This document shows positions 28,130 to 37,025 of a stretch of DNA of 64,000 nt, one piece after another. The notes beneath the pieces are model-generated. The model was given only the letters and a program-made list of their open reading frames with translations. It was not told the DNA's origin and did no database searches. The stretch comes from an uncultured Arcobacter sp. GTDB lineage: Bacteria > Campylobacterota > Campylobacteria > Campylobacterales > Arcobacteraceae. The first letter of the stretch is position 1; every line of letters begins with the position of its first letter. The stretch spans positions 832,001-896,000 of the forward strand of contig OZ223300.1 of NCBI GenBank assembly GCA_965140705.1, given 5' to 3'. Position numbers and translations under genes: made by a program.

Positions 28130-29772
28130 TGAATAGTATTAAAAATCTGGTTCATTTATGTATAAAAAATAAAAAAAATAAAACAATAGTACTTTTGGCA
28201 ACTCTATTTGCCTTTTTATTTTCTGTATATTTACTTCCTTTAGAAGTTGTAAAAGCAAAAATGCTTCCAGGAAAAGATTCAAATACTTTTACGGTATATG
28301 TAGATTTACCAACAGGAAGTTCAATCTATCAGACAAAAAAAGTAACTGATGGAGTTGTTAGTGTATTACAAAAAGAAAAAGAAGTTTTAGACTCAGAAGT
28401 TTTTTTAGGAACTTCATCTCCCCTTGATTTTGCAGGACTTGTTAAAATGAGTGGATTAAAAAGTGGAGAAAACTTTGCAGAAATAGTTGTAAATATTTTA
28501 AAAAAGCATGATAGGGAAGAACCTTCATTTCTTATGGCTCAAAGATTAAGAATAGAGATAAATAAAGTTGTTGAAAAAATAAATCCAAAGGCTACTATAA
28601 AAATGGTAGAACCACCAGCTGGTCCTCCTGTATTAGCAGCAATTGTTGCAGAAATTTATGGAGATAATTATAACTCTATAGAGAAACTTGCTAAAAGAGT
28701 AGAAAAAGTCTTTAAAAAAACTGATGGCTTAGTTGATATTGATATTATTGGGGATGATGATTATGAAAAGTATGAGTATATACTTGATTATGAAAAAATA
28801 AAAAGACTTGGAATAAGAGTAAATAGTGTAACAGACCTACTCGAAACAGCATTTAATGGTAAAGTTATAAATACTAAAAACTCATCAAAATATTCTACTC
28901 AAATTGATTTATTTATGAGAACAAAACAAAGAGATTTTGATGTAAATAGTGCTTTATCATCTTTAAAAGTAAAAAGCTCAAATGGTAATTTAGTGCCTTT
29001 AGTAAGTATTGTAAAAGTAAAAAAAGTAAAAAATGAAAAAACAATATATTCAAAAGATTTGAAAACTATGTTAAATGTAGTTGCAGAGACAGACATGGTA
29101 TCTCAAATCTATCCACTACTTGATGCTAGAACTTTTATAAAAGAGAATTTTGGTGATGAATATAAAGTGACAAATGCAAATTTGCTAAACCTTTGGCTTA
29201 CAGATAAAAAGACAGGTGAAAAATTAAAACTTGTTTGGGATGGAGAATTAAAAGTAACATTGGATACTTTTAGGGATTTAGGTGGGGCTTTTATAGCTGC
29301 ACTTGTTCTTATATTTTTACTTATGGTTGTTTATTATAAAAACTTTGCTTTAAGTGGAATTGTATTGTTATCAAGCTTTTTATCAATCATTGGTGTGATT
29401 TTTGGGCATCTATTTGTAGATATAGTTACAACCCACACATTCTTTTTAACAGCAACTTCTCTTATAGGTTTTATTGCTCTAATTGGTATTAGTTCAAGAA
29501 ATGCACTTTTACTAATAGATTTTACAAAACATTTAGTTGCAACTGGGATAGAGAAAAAAGAAGCAATAGCGACATCTGCGTCAATAAGAGCAAAACCAAT
29601 TATTTTGACAGCTGCTTCAATTATCCTAGCTTCTATATTACTTGCAAATGATGCAGTTTTTGGAGGTCTTGGTGTATCTTTAATCTTTGGAACAGTAGCA
29701 GCTGTAATTGCATCAATTTTTGTTGTTCCTGTATTGATTGATAATATTGATGAAAGTGTTTTAAAAGCTTAA
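28129..29772 (+). CDS. AcrB-family RND transporter, C-terminal half
   Basis: TM7, KMLPGKD, PPAGPPV, GFIALIGISSRNALLLIDF, RAKPIILT; TAATG coupling with its own SD AGAGGA. Confidence 0.88.
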   Translation: MNSIKNLVHLCIKNKKNKTIVLLATLFAFLFSVYLLPLEVVKAKMLPGKDSNTFTVYVDLPTGSSIYQTKKVTDGVVSVLQKEKEVLDSEVFLGTSSPLDFAGLVKMSGLKSGENFAEIVVNILKKHDREEPSFLMAQRLRIEINKVVEKINPKATIKMVEPPAGPPVLAAIVAEIYGDNYNSIEKLAKRVEKVFKKTDGLVDIDIIGDDDYEKYEYILDYEKIKRLGIRVNSVTDLLETAFNGKVINTKNSSKYSTQIDLFMRTKQRDFDVNSALSSLKVKSSNGNLVPLVSIVKVKKVKNEKTIYSKDLKTMLNVVAETDMVSQIYPLLDARTFIKENFGDEYKVTNANLLNLWLTDKKTGEKLKLVWDGELKVTLDTFRDLGGAFIAALVLIFLLMVVYYKNFALSGIVLLSSFLSIIGVIFGHLFVDIVTTHTFFLTATSLIGFIALIGISSRNALLLIDFTKHLVATGIEKKEAIATSASIRAKPIILTAASIILASILLANDAVFGGLGVSLIFGTVAAVIASIFVVPVLIDNIDESVLKA

Positions 29773-29808
29773 AATAACTGAAGAGTATAAATAAGTAATA
29801 GAATTGAT

Positions 29809-30153
29809 TTACTTATTTATCTCTCCATACTCTTCCGCCATTTCATCTCCCCATTTTGATAATTGATAAAAAATTGGTATAAGTTTTTCACCATTTTTTG
29901 TTATTGTATATTCTACTTTTGGTGGTATGACTGGATATACTTTTCTTGAAATAAGGTTATGTTTTTCCAAATCCCTAAGGGTTTGAGTTAACATTTTTTG
30001 TGTAATCTTTCCTAAAATTTTATGAATTTCATTATATCTCATAGTTCCCTTACTAAGATGCCAAAGAACAAGTCCTTTCCACTTCCCAGATACGATATCT
30101 AGGACAAACTCAAATGAACATGTATAATCTTTTTCTTTGTATTTTATCTGCAT
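29809..30153 (-). CDS. HxlR family winged-helix regulator
   Basis: CSFEFVLDIVSGKWKGLVLW, ITQKMLTQTLRDLE, YPVIPPKVEY. Confidence 0.92.
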   Translation of the reverse strand: MQIKYKEKDYTCSFEFVLDIVSGKWKGLVLWHLSKGTMRYNEIHKILGKITQKMLTQTLRDLEKHNLISRKVYPVIPPKVEYTITKNGEKLIPIFYQLSKWGDEMAEEYGEINK

Positions 30154-30247
30154 TAGTATCCTTATGGTATGTATATACCTCTTGAGGTAGTTCTTGACAA
30201 TATAACATATAAAAGTTAAAGTTTCGAAAAAATAAAAGGAAATAGTT

Positions 30248-30706
30248 ATGAAAGAAAATTCAATTTTATTCTCTCCTATTACTTTAGGAAATTTAACTTT
30301 AAAAAATCGTATTGCAATGGCACCAATGACAAGAACACAAGCTAAAAATAATATACCAACAGAAGATATGATAAATTATTATGAAAGAAGAGCAAAAGGT
30401 GGCACAGCATTAATTATAAGTGAAGGAACATTTGTAAATCATGAAGTTGCAAATGGTAATTTTGATGCTCCTGCATTTTATGGTGATGCTTTAATTATGT
30501 GGAAAAAACTAGTGGATAAGGTTCACGCTTCTGGGGCAAAAATAATGCCACAATTTTGGCATGCAGGAAATACTAGAAAACTAGGAGTATCTCCAAATGA
30601 AAATATGCAAAGTATTGGTCCTATGGATGAATATATTGAAGGTAAACAAACTGTAAGAGCTATGAGTCAAAATGATATAGATGAAGTAATAAAAGTACTG
30701 TATTAA
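30248..30706 (+). pseudogene. 3'-truncated NADH:flavin oxidoreductase (old yellow enzyme family)
   Basis: LFSP...LKNRIAMAPMTR, YYERRAKGG, KIMPQFWHAG, MSQNDIDEVI then stop at 152 aa; the catalytic HGAHGYL half was not found downstream. Confidence 0.85.
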
Positions 30707-30778
30707 AGCTAATGACACACTTGTTAATTTAAGAGCAAAGTAGTTAGAATTTTGCAAAATAAATATTAGGAATATACT

Positions 30779-31084
30779 ATGGTAACATGTTATTTAAATT
30801 ATATAATTGATGCAAATAAAATAAAAGAGTTTGAACATTATGCAAAATTATGGATTCCTTTAGTGAATAAGTTTGGAGGAACACATCATGGATATTTTCT
30901 TCCATCAGAAGGAAAAAACAATGTTGCTTTAGCCTTATTTACATTTTCAAGTTTTGCCACTTATGAAAAATATAGAAATGAATCTTTTGAAGATAAAGAG
31001 TGTATAGCTGCCTTTAAATATGCAGAAGATACAAATTGTATTATAAGTTATGAAAGAAGTTTTTTTAGACCAGTATTTAGTTAA
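30779..31084 (+). CDS. NIPSNAP family protein
   Basis: FEHYAKLWIPLVNKFGGTHHGYFLPSEG...ALALFTF...YERSFFRP. Confidence 0.85.
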   Translation: MVTCYLNYIIDANKIKEFEHYAKLWIPLVNKFGGTHHGYFLPSEGKNNVALALFTFSSFATYEKYRNESFEDKECIAAFKYAEDTNCIISYERSFFRPVFS

Positions 31085-31106
31085 TAAGATAATAAAAAGA
31101 GTTAAA

Positions 31107-31745
31107 ATGAGTAATAAAGTATTTTGGGAAAATCCATATCAGACTGAATTACATACAAGAATAAAATCAATTGGTGATAATAAGGTTGAATTAGAAGAGA
31201 CAATCTTTTATGCTGAATCAGGTGGTCAAGAAAGTGATAAGGGAACAATCAATGGCTTTGAAGTAATTAAGGCAGAGAAATCTGGTAAGTCAATTTTTTA
31301 TACACTTGAATCAGTCTCTAACTTCGTTATTGGACAAGATGTATTAGTTAAAATTGATTGGACTCGACGATATAAACTTATGAAATTACACTTTGCGGCT
31401 GAAGTTGTATTAGAATTATTTTACAAGAGATTTACTAATCTCGAAAAAATAGGTGCCCACATATCTGAAAATAAAAGTCGAATAGATTTTGAATTGAGTG
31501 AAAGCATATCTTCTTTACTTTCTAAAGTTCAAGCAGAAGCACAAAGTTTAATTGATGCAGATTTATTTATTGAAAGTGCTTATTCAGATGAGAAAAACGA
31601 ACGAAGGTATTGGAAAGTTGAAGATTTTGCACAAGTAGCATGTGGAGGTACTCACTTGAAAAAAACATCAGAAGTAGGGCAATTGATTTTAAAAAGAAAA
31701 AATATTGGTAAAGGTAAAGAGAGAGTAGAGATTTATATTAATTAA
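31107..31745 (+). CDS. AlaX-type alanyl-tRNA editing protein
   Basis: Likely start MSNKVFWENPY at 31107; TIFYAESGGQESDKG, IDWTRRYKLMKLHFAAE, ACGGTH. Confidence 0.88.
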   Translation: MSNKVFWENPYQTELHTRIKSIGDNKVELEETIFYAESGGQESDKGTINGFEVIKAEKSGKSIFYTLESVSNFVIGQDVLVKIDWTRRYKLMKLHFAAEVVLELFYKRFTNLEKIGAHISENKSRIDFELSESISSLLSKVQAEAQSLIDADLFIESAYSDEKNERRYWKVEDFAQVACGGTHLKKTSEVGQLILKRKNIGKGKERVEIYIN

Positions 31746-31761
31746 TATAAATTTCTACTCT
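31722..31761 (+). terminator. Long hairpin spanning the AlaX stop codon
   Basis: AGAGTAGAGATTTATATTA / TAATATAAATTTCTACTCT (18 of 19 Watson-Crick plus one G-U), then AACTTTT. Confidence 0.6.
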
Positions 31762-31768
31762 AACTTTT

Positions 31769-31853
31769 CTCTCATGAATACCTAACGGTTTTCGCTTTTT
31801 CACTTTTTGGTGGCAAAAAGTAAAACCTGTGTTTGCACTCTCTTTGAGAAAAA
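31769..31853. repeat. Partial second copy (one end) of the palindromic element at 23368-23941
   Basis: CTCTCATGAA-hairpin-TTCGCTTTTTCACTTTTT...TGGCAAAAAGTAAAACCTGTGTTTGCACTCTCTTTGAGAAAAA matches the reverse complement of 23823-23865 (TGGCGAAAAGTAAGCCTTGTGCTTGCACTCTCTTTGAGAAAAA). Confidence 0.8.
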
Positions 31854-31860
31854 GCCACCA

Positions 31861-32006
31861 ACCATATCAAAGCCCATTGGATTTAATGATTATTGCACTA
31901 TCAAGAAGTTTTATTTCTCTTGTTATTTTTAGTAATACCAATTGCAGAAGCGGTTAATTTTGTGATTGCAAGTGTGTTATTTAGAAAAGTTAGACCAAAA
32001 AAATAG
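31861..32006 (+). pseudogene. Degraded C-terminal remnant of a membrane transporter, probably MATE family
   Basis: Two frames give ..PLDLMIIALSRSFISLVIF / LVIPIAEAVNFVIASVLFRKVRPKK*, resembling the last MATE helices (..IALSR.., .IPIAE..). Confidence 0.45.
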
Positions 32007-32093
32007 CTTGAGAATATATGTGTAAAAAGTGATATAATAGAAATTAAATACTTTTTGAGTTATAAATATCATGAAAATAAAACTAAATCATTT

Positions 32094-32633
32094 TTACAAT
32101 AGAAAAGTTTTTAAGTCCTCAAAAATTTCTTTTTGTTCTTTCTCTGATAGATTGATGTATTTTAAAGTCATAGAAGTAAACATTGCTTCTGAAAACAAGA
32201 AAGCTAATCTTAACTTTTTACCTTCATCTGTATTTGTATCAATTGATCCTAAGGCACTGCTATGCCAATCTTGTAATCCTTCGAAAACAGATTTATCTTG
32301 CAAAAGTACAGTAATAACTTTAGATATTTTATCCAATTCTTCATTGCTATTATACTTTGAAATATATTCAATATGTGCTTTTAATTCAGAATATTTTGAA
32401 TTCGTATCTTTTGACAAAATTTTTATTTGATGGTTATAATCATCATCATTCTTTTCAAAAACTGCTTTTATCATAGCCTCTTTATTTCCAAAAATATATT
32501 GAACACCACCTATTGAAATATTTGCTTTTTTAGCTACCTTTCTAATACTTAAACCAGAAATACCTTCATTCAAAATAATATCTTCAATAATACTTATTAA
32601 ATAGTTTTTATCTATTTTATTTTTTGTACCCAA
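32094..32633 (-). CDS. TetR/AcrR family regulator
   Basis: GISGLSIRKVAKKANISIGGVQYIFGNKEAMI HTH; TTG start after AAGGA; divergent from an RND operon. Confidence 0.92.
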   Translation of the reverse strand: MGTKNKIDKNYLISIIEDIILNEGISGLSIRKVAKKANISIGGVQYIFGNKEAMIKAVFEKNDDDYNHQIKILSKDTNSKYSELKAHIEYISKYNSNEELDKISKVITVLLQDKSVFEGLQDWHSSALGSIDTNTDEGKKLRLAFLFSEAMFTSMTLKYINLSEKEQKEIFEDLKTFLL

Positions 32634-32704
32634 ACGCTTCCTTTTTTCATTTCATATTATTTAATAAAAAATTAAGACTACTTTAAATAGTATTCATGCC
32701 ATTA

Positions 32705-32722
32705 AATACATACGTATGTATT
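32705..32722. promoter_or_regulatory. Perfect 18-bp palindrome, probable TetR operator
   Basis: AATACATACGTATGTATT between tetR and the efflux operon, 14 nt upstream of the ATG. Confidence 0.75.
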
Positions 32723-32736
32723 GTAAAGGTTAATTA

Positions 32737-33891
32737 ATGAAATTTTGCTTAAAAGGTTTATTTTTAGTACTATTTACGATTCTATTATTAGGATGTGATA
32801 ATCAAAAAAAGAATGACTTTTCGGAAGAAAAACAAAAAATTGAAGTTGGATATATAACACTAAATAAACAAGAAGTTCCTTTTCAACAAGAGTTGTCAGG
32901 AAGAATCAAAGCTATTTATAAATCTGAAGTTAGACCACAAATTGATGGCATTATAAAAAAACGACTTTTTAAAGAAGGAAGTTATGTAAAAAAAGGTGAT
33001 ATTTTATATGTAATCGATCCCGATTCATATCAAGCTACTTATGAAGAAGCGTTAGCAACATTAAAAAGTTCAGAAGCAAATTTAATTACATTAAAATTAA
33101 AGAATGAGAGATATAAAGAATCTGTAAAGTTTAATGTTATATCTAAACAAGAAGCAGATGATGCCAAAGCTGCTTATTTACAAGCAATTGCTTTGGTTGA
33201 ACAAAATAAAGCTTTGGTAAAAAGTGCTAAAATTAATTTAGATAGAACAAAAATAAAAGCACAAATTTCAGGCTTTATTGGAATATCTAATTACACTGTT
33301 GGTGCTTTAGTTTCGCAAAATCAAACAAATGCATTAACTACAATACGAGATACAAGTAAAGTATATGTAGATTTAAGTCAATCTAACAATCAACTATTTA
33401 AATTAAAAAAATTAAATAAAGATAGAATAAAAGAAGATAAAATAAATGTAAATATCATTTTGCCAGATGACACCGTGTATAAATATACTGGAAAACTCAA
33501 ACTTCAAGAAATATCAGTTGATGAAGATACTGGATATGTAACTTTAAGAGCAGAATTCCCAAATCCAGATGGAGAATTATTAGATAATATGTTCGTAAAT
33601 ACGGTAATTGAGAGTGGTAGTTCTAGTGCTTTTTTAGTTCCCCAACAAGCTGTTACTTTAGATGCGAAATCTAATTATATTGTTACTACCATTCAAAAAA
33701 ATAATACTACTCAAACAAAAATAATAACCGTAATAAGAGCAATAGGCAATAAATGGCTTGTAACAGATGGTATTTCACAAACAGATAAAATTATAATTGA
33801 GGGTCTAAATAAAATCAATGAAAAAAGTATTGTTATTCCAAAAGATCTTAACAATTTATATGTAGATAACTCAAAAGCAGAAGTAAAATGA
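32737..33891 (+). CDS. AcrA/CmeA-like RND adaptor lipoprotein
   Basis: Lipobox LLGC, EVRPQIDGII, YVDLSQS, TGYVTLRAEFPNP, LVPQQAV. Confidence 0.93.
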   Translation: MKFCLKGLFLVLFTILLLGCDNQKKNDFSEEKQKIEVGYITLNKQEVPFQQELSGRIKAIYKSEVRPQIDGIIKKRLFKEGSYVKKGDILYVIDPDSYQATYEEALATLKSSEANLITLKLKNERYKESVKFNVISKQEADDAKAAYLQAIALVEQNKALVKSAKINLDRTKIKAQISGFIGISNYTVGALVSQNQTNALTTIRDTSKVYVDLSQSNNQLFKLKKLNKDRIKEDKINVNIILPDDTVYKYTGKLKLQEISVDEDTGYVTLRAEFPNPDGELLDNMFVNTVIESGSSSAFLVPQQAVTLDAKSNYIVTTIQKNNTTQTKIITVIRAIGNKWLVTDGISQTDKIIIEGLNKINEKSIVIPKDLNNLYVDNSKAEVK

Positions 33892-36800
33892 TAGCTCGTT
33901 TTTTTATTAATCATCCTATTTTTGCATGGGTAATATCTTTACTTATAATGTTATTAGGATTACTTTCTATAAAAAATTTACCAGTAGAACAGTATCCAGA
34001 TATTGCTCCTCCTACAATTAATATTCAAGCAACATACGCTGGAGCAACAGCTAAAACTATTGAAAATAGTATCACTCAACTTATAGAAGAAGAATTAACT
34101 GGATTAGATGGATTATTGTATTTTTCTTCAACTAGTCAAACAGGAAGTTCAAGTATAAATGTTGTATTTGAAAAGGGTGTAGATCCAGATATTGCTCAAG
34201 TTAAAGTAAATAATAAGATTCAACAAGTACTTCCAAGACTTCCAGAAGATGTTAGAAAAGAAGGGGTTAGTGTTGTAAAATCACAAGATGATTTTCTTAT
34301 GATACTTAGTATCCATGATGAATCAGGAAAATCAAGTGAAAATGATATTTCAGATTATTTAATCACCAATATAAAAGATGGACTTTCTAGAATAAATGGT
34401 GTTGGTGGAGTTGAACTTTTTGGTTCAGAATATGCAATGAGAGTTTGGATAGATCCCAAAAAACTTAAATCTTATAATCTAATGCCTTCAGATATTAATA
34501 ATGCAATTTTAAAACAAAATGCACAAGTATCTGCAGGAAGTATTGGAGCAAGACCACAGGTAAAAGGTCAAGAGTTAAATGCAGATGTTGTATCAAGAAG
34601 TAAATTAGAAAATGCAAAAGAGTTTGAAAATATTGTAATAAAAAGTAATAAAAATGGTGCAGATGTTCTTTTAAAAGATGTTGCAAAAGTTGTATTAGGT
34701 AGTAATGATTACTCTTTTATATCGAAAAATAATGGATATCAAGCAAGTGGTATAGGTATAAAATTATCTTCTGGTGCAAATGCTGTTGATGTAGCAAAAA
34801 GAGTTAGAGAATATTTATCATCATTTGAGAACTCTTTACCAAGTGGATACATAATTTCATATCCATATGATACAACTATTTTTATTGAAGAATCTATAAA
34901 AGAAGTTGTAAAAACACTCTTTGAAGCTGTGTTCTTGGTAGTTGTTGTAATGTTTGTTTTTCTTAATAGTTGGCGAGCAACTATAATCCCTGCTATTGCA
35001 GTACCCGTGGTACTGCTTGGTACCTTTGCTATTTTGAATTTTTTAGGATTTACAATAAACTCTTTAACTATGTTTGCAATGGTATTATCCATAGGTTTAT
35101 TGGTTGATGATGCTATTGTTGTTGTTGAAAATGTAGAAAGGAATATGAGAGAAAAAAAGCTTTGTGCAAAAGAAGCAACTATTATAGCAATGGATGAAAT
35201 CACGAGTGCTTTAATTGGAGTTGCAACTGTACTTTCTGTAGTATTTTTGCCAATGATATTTTTTACAGGTTCTACTGGAATTATATATAAACAATTTGCA
35301 GTTACAATTATATCTTCTATGGTTTTATCAGTTATTGTAGCATTGACACTATCTCCTGCTATTTGTGCTACCTTTTTAAAACCTCATAATCCAAATAAAA
35401 AGAGTAATGATGTACTTGATTGGTTTAATAGAAAATTCACTAATTTAACAAAAAAATATGAATCAGGAATTTTTAAATTTATTAATGCTCCTATGAAATC
35501 ACTTGTTGCTTATATTGCAATAATAGCTGTAAGTATTTTATTTTTTATAAAATTACCTACGGGATTTATCCCACCTGAAGATCAAGGTGATTTGATGATT
35601 CAATTTACCCTTCCAGCTGGTGCAAGTACAACACGTTCTGAAAATACTGAAAAAATAATAAGAGATTATTTTTTAACAGAAGAAAAAAGTAATATAAATT
35701 CTATTTTTTCAATTGTTGGTTTTACCTTTTCAGGAAATGGACAAAATGGGGGATTAGGATTTGTTGAGCTAAAAAATTGGAATCAAAGAGCTGGTATAGA
35801 AAATAGTGCAGATTCCATTGCTAATAGAGCAATGATGAAGTTTACAGATAATAAGTCAAAATATTTTATAAGAGATGCACAAGTATTTGTAATGAATCCA
35901 TCTTCTGTTCCTGGTTTAGGTAATACAGATGGCTTTGAATTTCAATTACAAGCTGGTGCTAAAATGACAAGAGATGATTTATCAGTAGCAAAAGATTCTT
36001 TACTAAAAGAAGTAAATTCAAATAAATTGATAGTAAATGCAAGAGTTGAGGGAACTGAAGAGACACCAAAATTAAAACTTGATTATGATAAGAAAAAAAT
36101 CTTTTCATTGGGATTATCTTATGATGATATTGATAATACTCTAAATACAGCTTGGGCAGGTTCTTATGTTAATGATTTTATTGATAAATCAAGAATAAAA
36201 AGAGTCTATGTACAAGCTGATGCAAAATATCGATCTAAACCTGAAGATTTATATCAATGGAATGTTAGAAATAATGAAAATAAAATGGTCTCTTTTGAAG
36301 AGTTTACTAATATCTCTTGGAAAAAATCTGAGAAATCATTGACAAGATATAATGGCCTAGCTTCTTATTTAATTCAAGGTGAAGCTGCTTCTGGTGTAAG
36401 TTCAGGAGTTGCAATGGATGAGATGGAAAGATTAGCAAAACTTAATAATAAAGATACTAAATATTCATGGAGTGGCTTATCTTATCAAGAGAGATTGTCA
36501 AGCGGTCAAGCTATATATTTATACGCATTATCTTTAGTCGTTATATTTTTATGTTTAGCTGCTTTATATGAGAGTTGGAGTATTCCATTTTCTGTTTTAT
36601 TAGCTGTACCATTAGGAGTTGTTGGAGCCGTTATTGCAGTATATTTTAGAGGATTGAACAATGATATTTATTTTCAAGTTGCACTTTTAACAACAATTGG
36701 ATTGGTCTCAAAAAATGCAATATTGATAGTTGAGTTTGTTGAAAATGCATATAAAAAAGGTGAATCATTAACAGTTGCAGCAGTAAAAGGAGCAACTTTA

Positions 36801-37025
36801 AGATTTAGACCAATAATTATGACTTCATTAGCTTTTATTGCTGGTATTATTCCTTTAGCAATTTCAACAGGGGCAGGAGCAAATAGTAGGATTTCAATAG
36901 GTACAGGAATTATTGGTGGTACACTAACAGCCACGCTTTTAGTAATATTTTATGTTCCTCTTTTATTCATTTTAATAAAAAAAGTATTTGAAAAAAAAGA
37001 GAAAAAAGGTACAAAAAATGTTTAA
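33888..37025 (+). CDS. AcrB/CmeB-like HAE1 multidrug RND transporter
   Basis: FFINHPIFAWVI, LPVEQYPDIAPP, GLLVDDAIVVVENVER, GLVSKNAILIVEF, LRFRPIIMTS. Confidence 0.95.
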   Translation: MIARFFINHPIFAWVISLLIMLLGLLSIKNLPVEQYPDIAPPTINIQATYAGATAKTIENSITQLIEEELTGLDGLLYFSSTSQTGSSSINVVFEKGVDPDIAQVKVNNKIQQVLPRLPEDVRKEGVSVVKSQDDFLMILSIHDESGKSSENDISDYLITNIKDGLSRINGVGGVELFGSEYAMRVWIDPKKLKSYNLMPSDINNAILKQNAQVSAGSIGARPQVKGQELNADVVSRSKLENAKEFENIVIKSNKNGADVLLKDVAKVVLGSNDYSFISKNNGYQASGIGIKLSSGANAVDVAKRVREYLSSFENSLPSGYIISYPYDTTIFIEESIKEVVKTLFEAVFLVVVVMFVFLNSWRATIIPAIAVPVVLLGTFAILNFLGFTINSLTMFAMVLSIGLLVDDAIVVVENVERNMREKKLCAKEATIIAMDEITSALIGVATVLSVVFLPMIFFTGSTGIIYKQFAVTIISSMVLSVIVALTLSPAICATFLKPHNPNKKSNDVLDWFNRKFTNLTKKYESGIFKFINAPMKSLVAYIAIIAVSILFFIKLPTGFIPPEDQGDLMIQFTLPAGASTTRSENTEKIIRDYFLTEEKSNINSIFSIVGFTFSGNGQNGGLGFVELKNWNQRAGIENSADSIANRAMMKFTDNKSKYFIRDAQVFVMNPSSVPGLGNTDGFEFQLQAGAKMTRDDLSVAKDSLLKEVNSNKLIVNARVEGTEETPKLKLDYDKKKIFSLGLSYDDIDNTLNTAWAGSYVNDFIDKSRIKRVYVQADAKYRSKPEDLYQWNVRNNENKMVSFEEFTNISWKKSEKSLTRYNGLASYLIQGEAASGVSSGVAMDEMERLAKLNNKDTKYSWSGLSYQERLSSGQAIYLYALSLVVIFLCLAALYESWSIPFSVLLAVPLGVVGAVIAVYFRGLNNDIYFQVALLTTIGLVSKNAILIVEFVENAYKKGESLTVAAVKGATLRFRPIIMTSLAFIAGIIPLAISTGAGANSRISIGTGIIGGTLTATLLVIFYVPLLFILIKKVFEKKEKKGTKNV

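Noticed and set aside
28100..28140. Frameshift pseudogene interpretation of the split RND gene
   Set aside because: The break falls at the domain boundary with an SD and TAATG coupling, and both halves look intact; kept as a natural split pending ortholog comparison.
30700..31770. Integron cassette (attC) interpretation of the NIPSNAP and AlaX genes
   Set aside because: GTTAGAA upstream and CTCTAAC downstream do not fit GTTRRRY/RYYYAAC, no paired L/R boxes are visible, the CTCT is part of the AlaX terminator stem, and no integrase is present.
32071..32430. 119-aa + strand ORF, and similar short antisense ORFs inside valS, the RND genes, lapD, the MFS gene, proC, lon and marR
   Set aside because: They lie opposite well-supported genes and show no recognisable motifs; this is expected shadow ORF noise.
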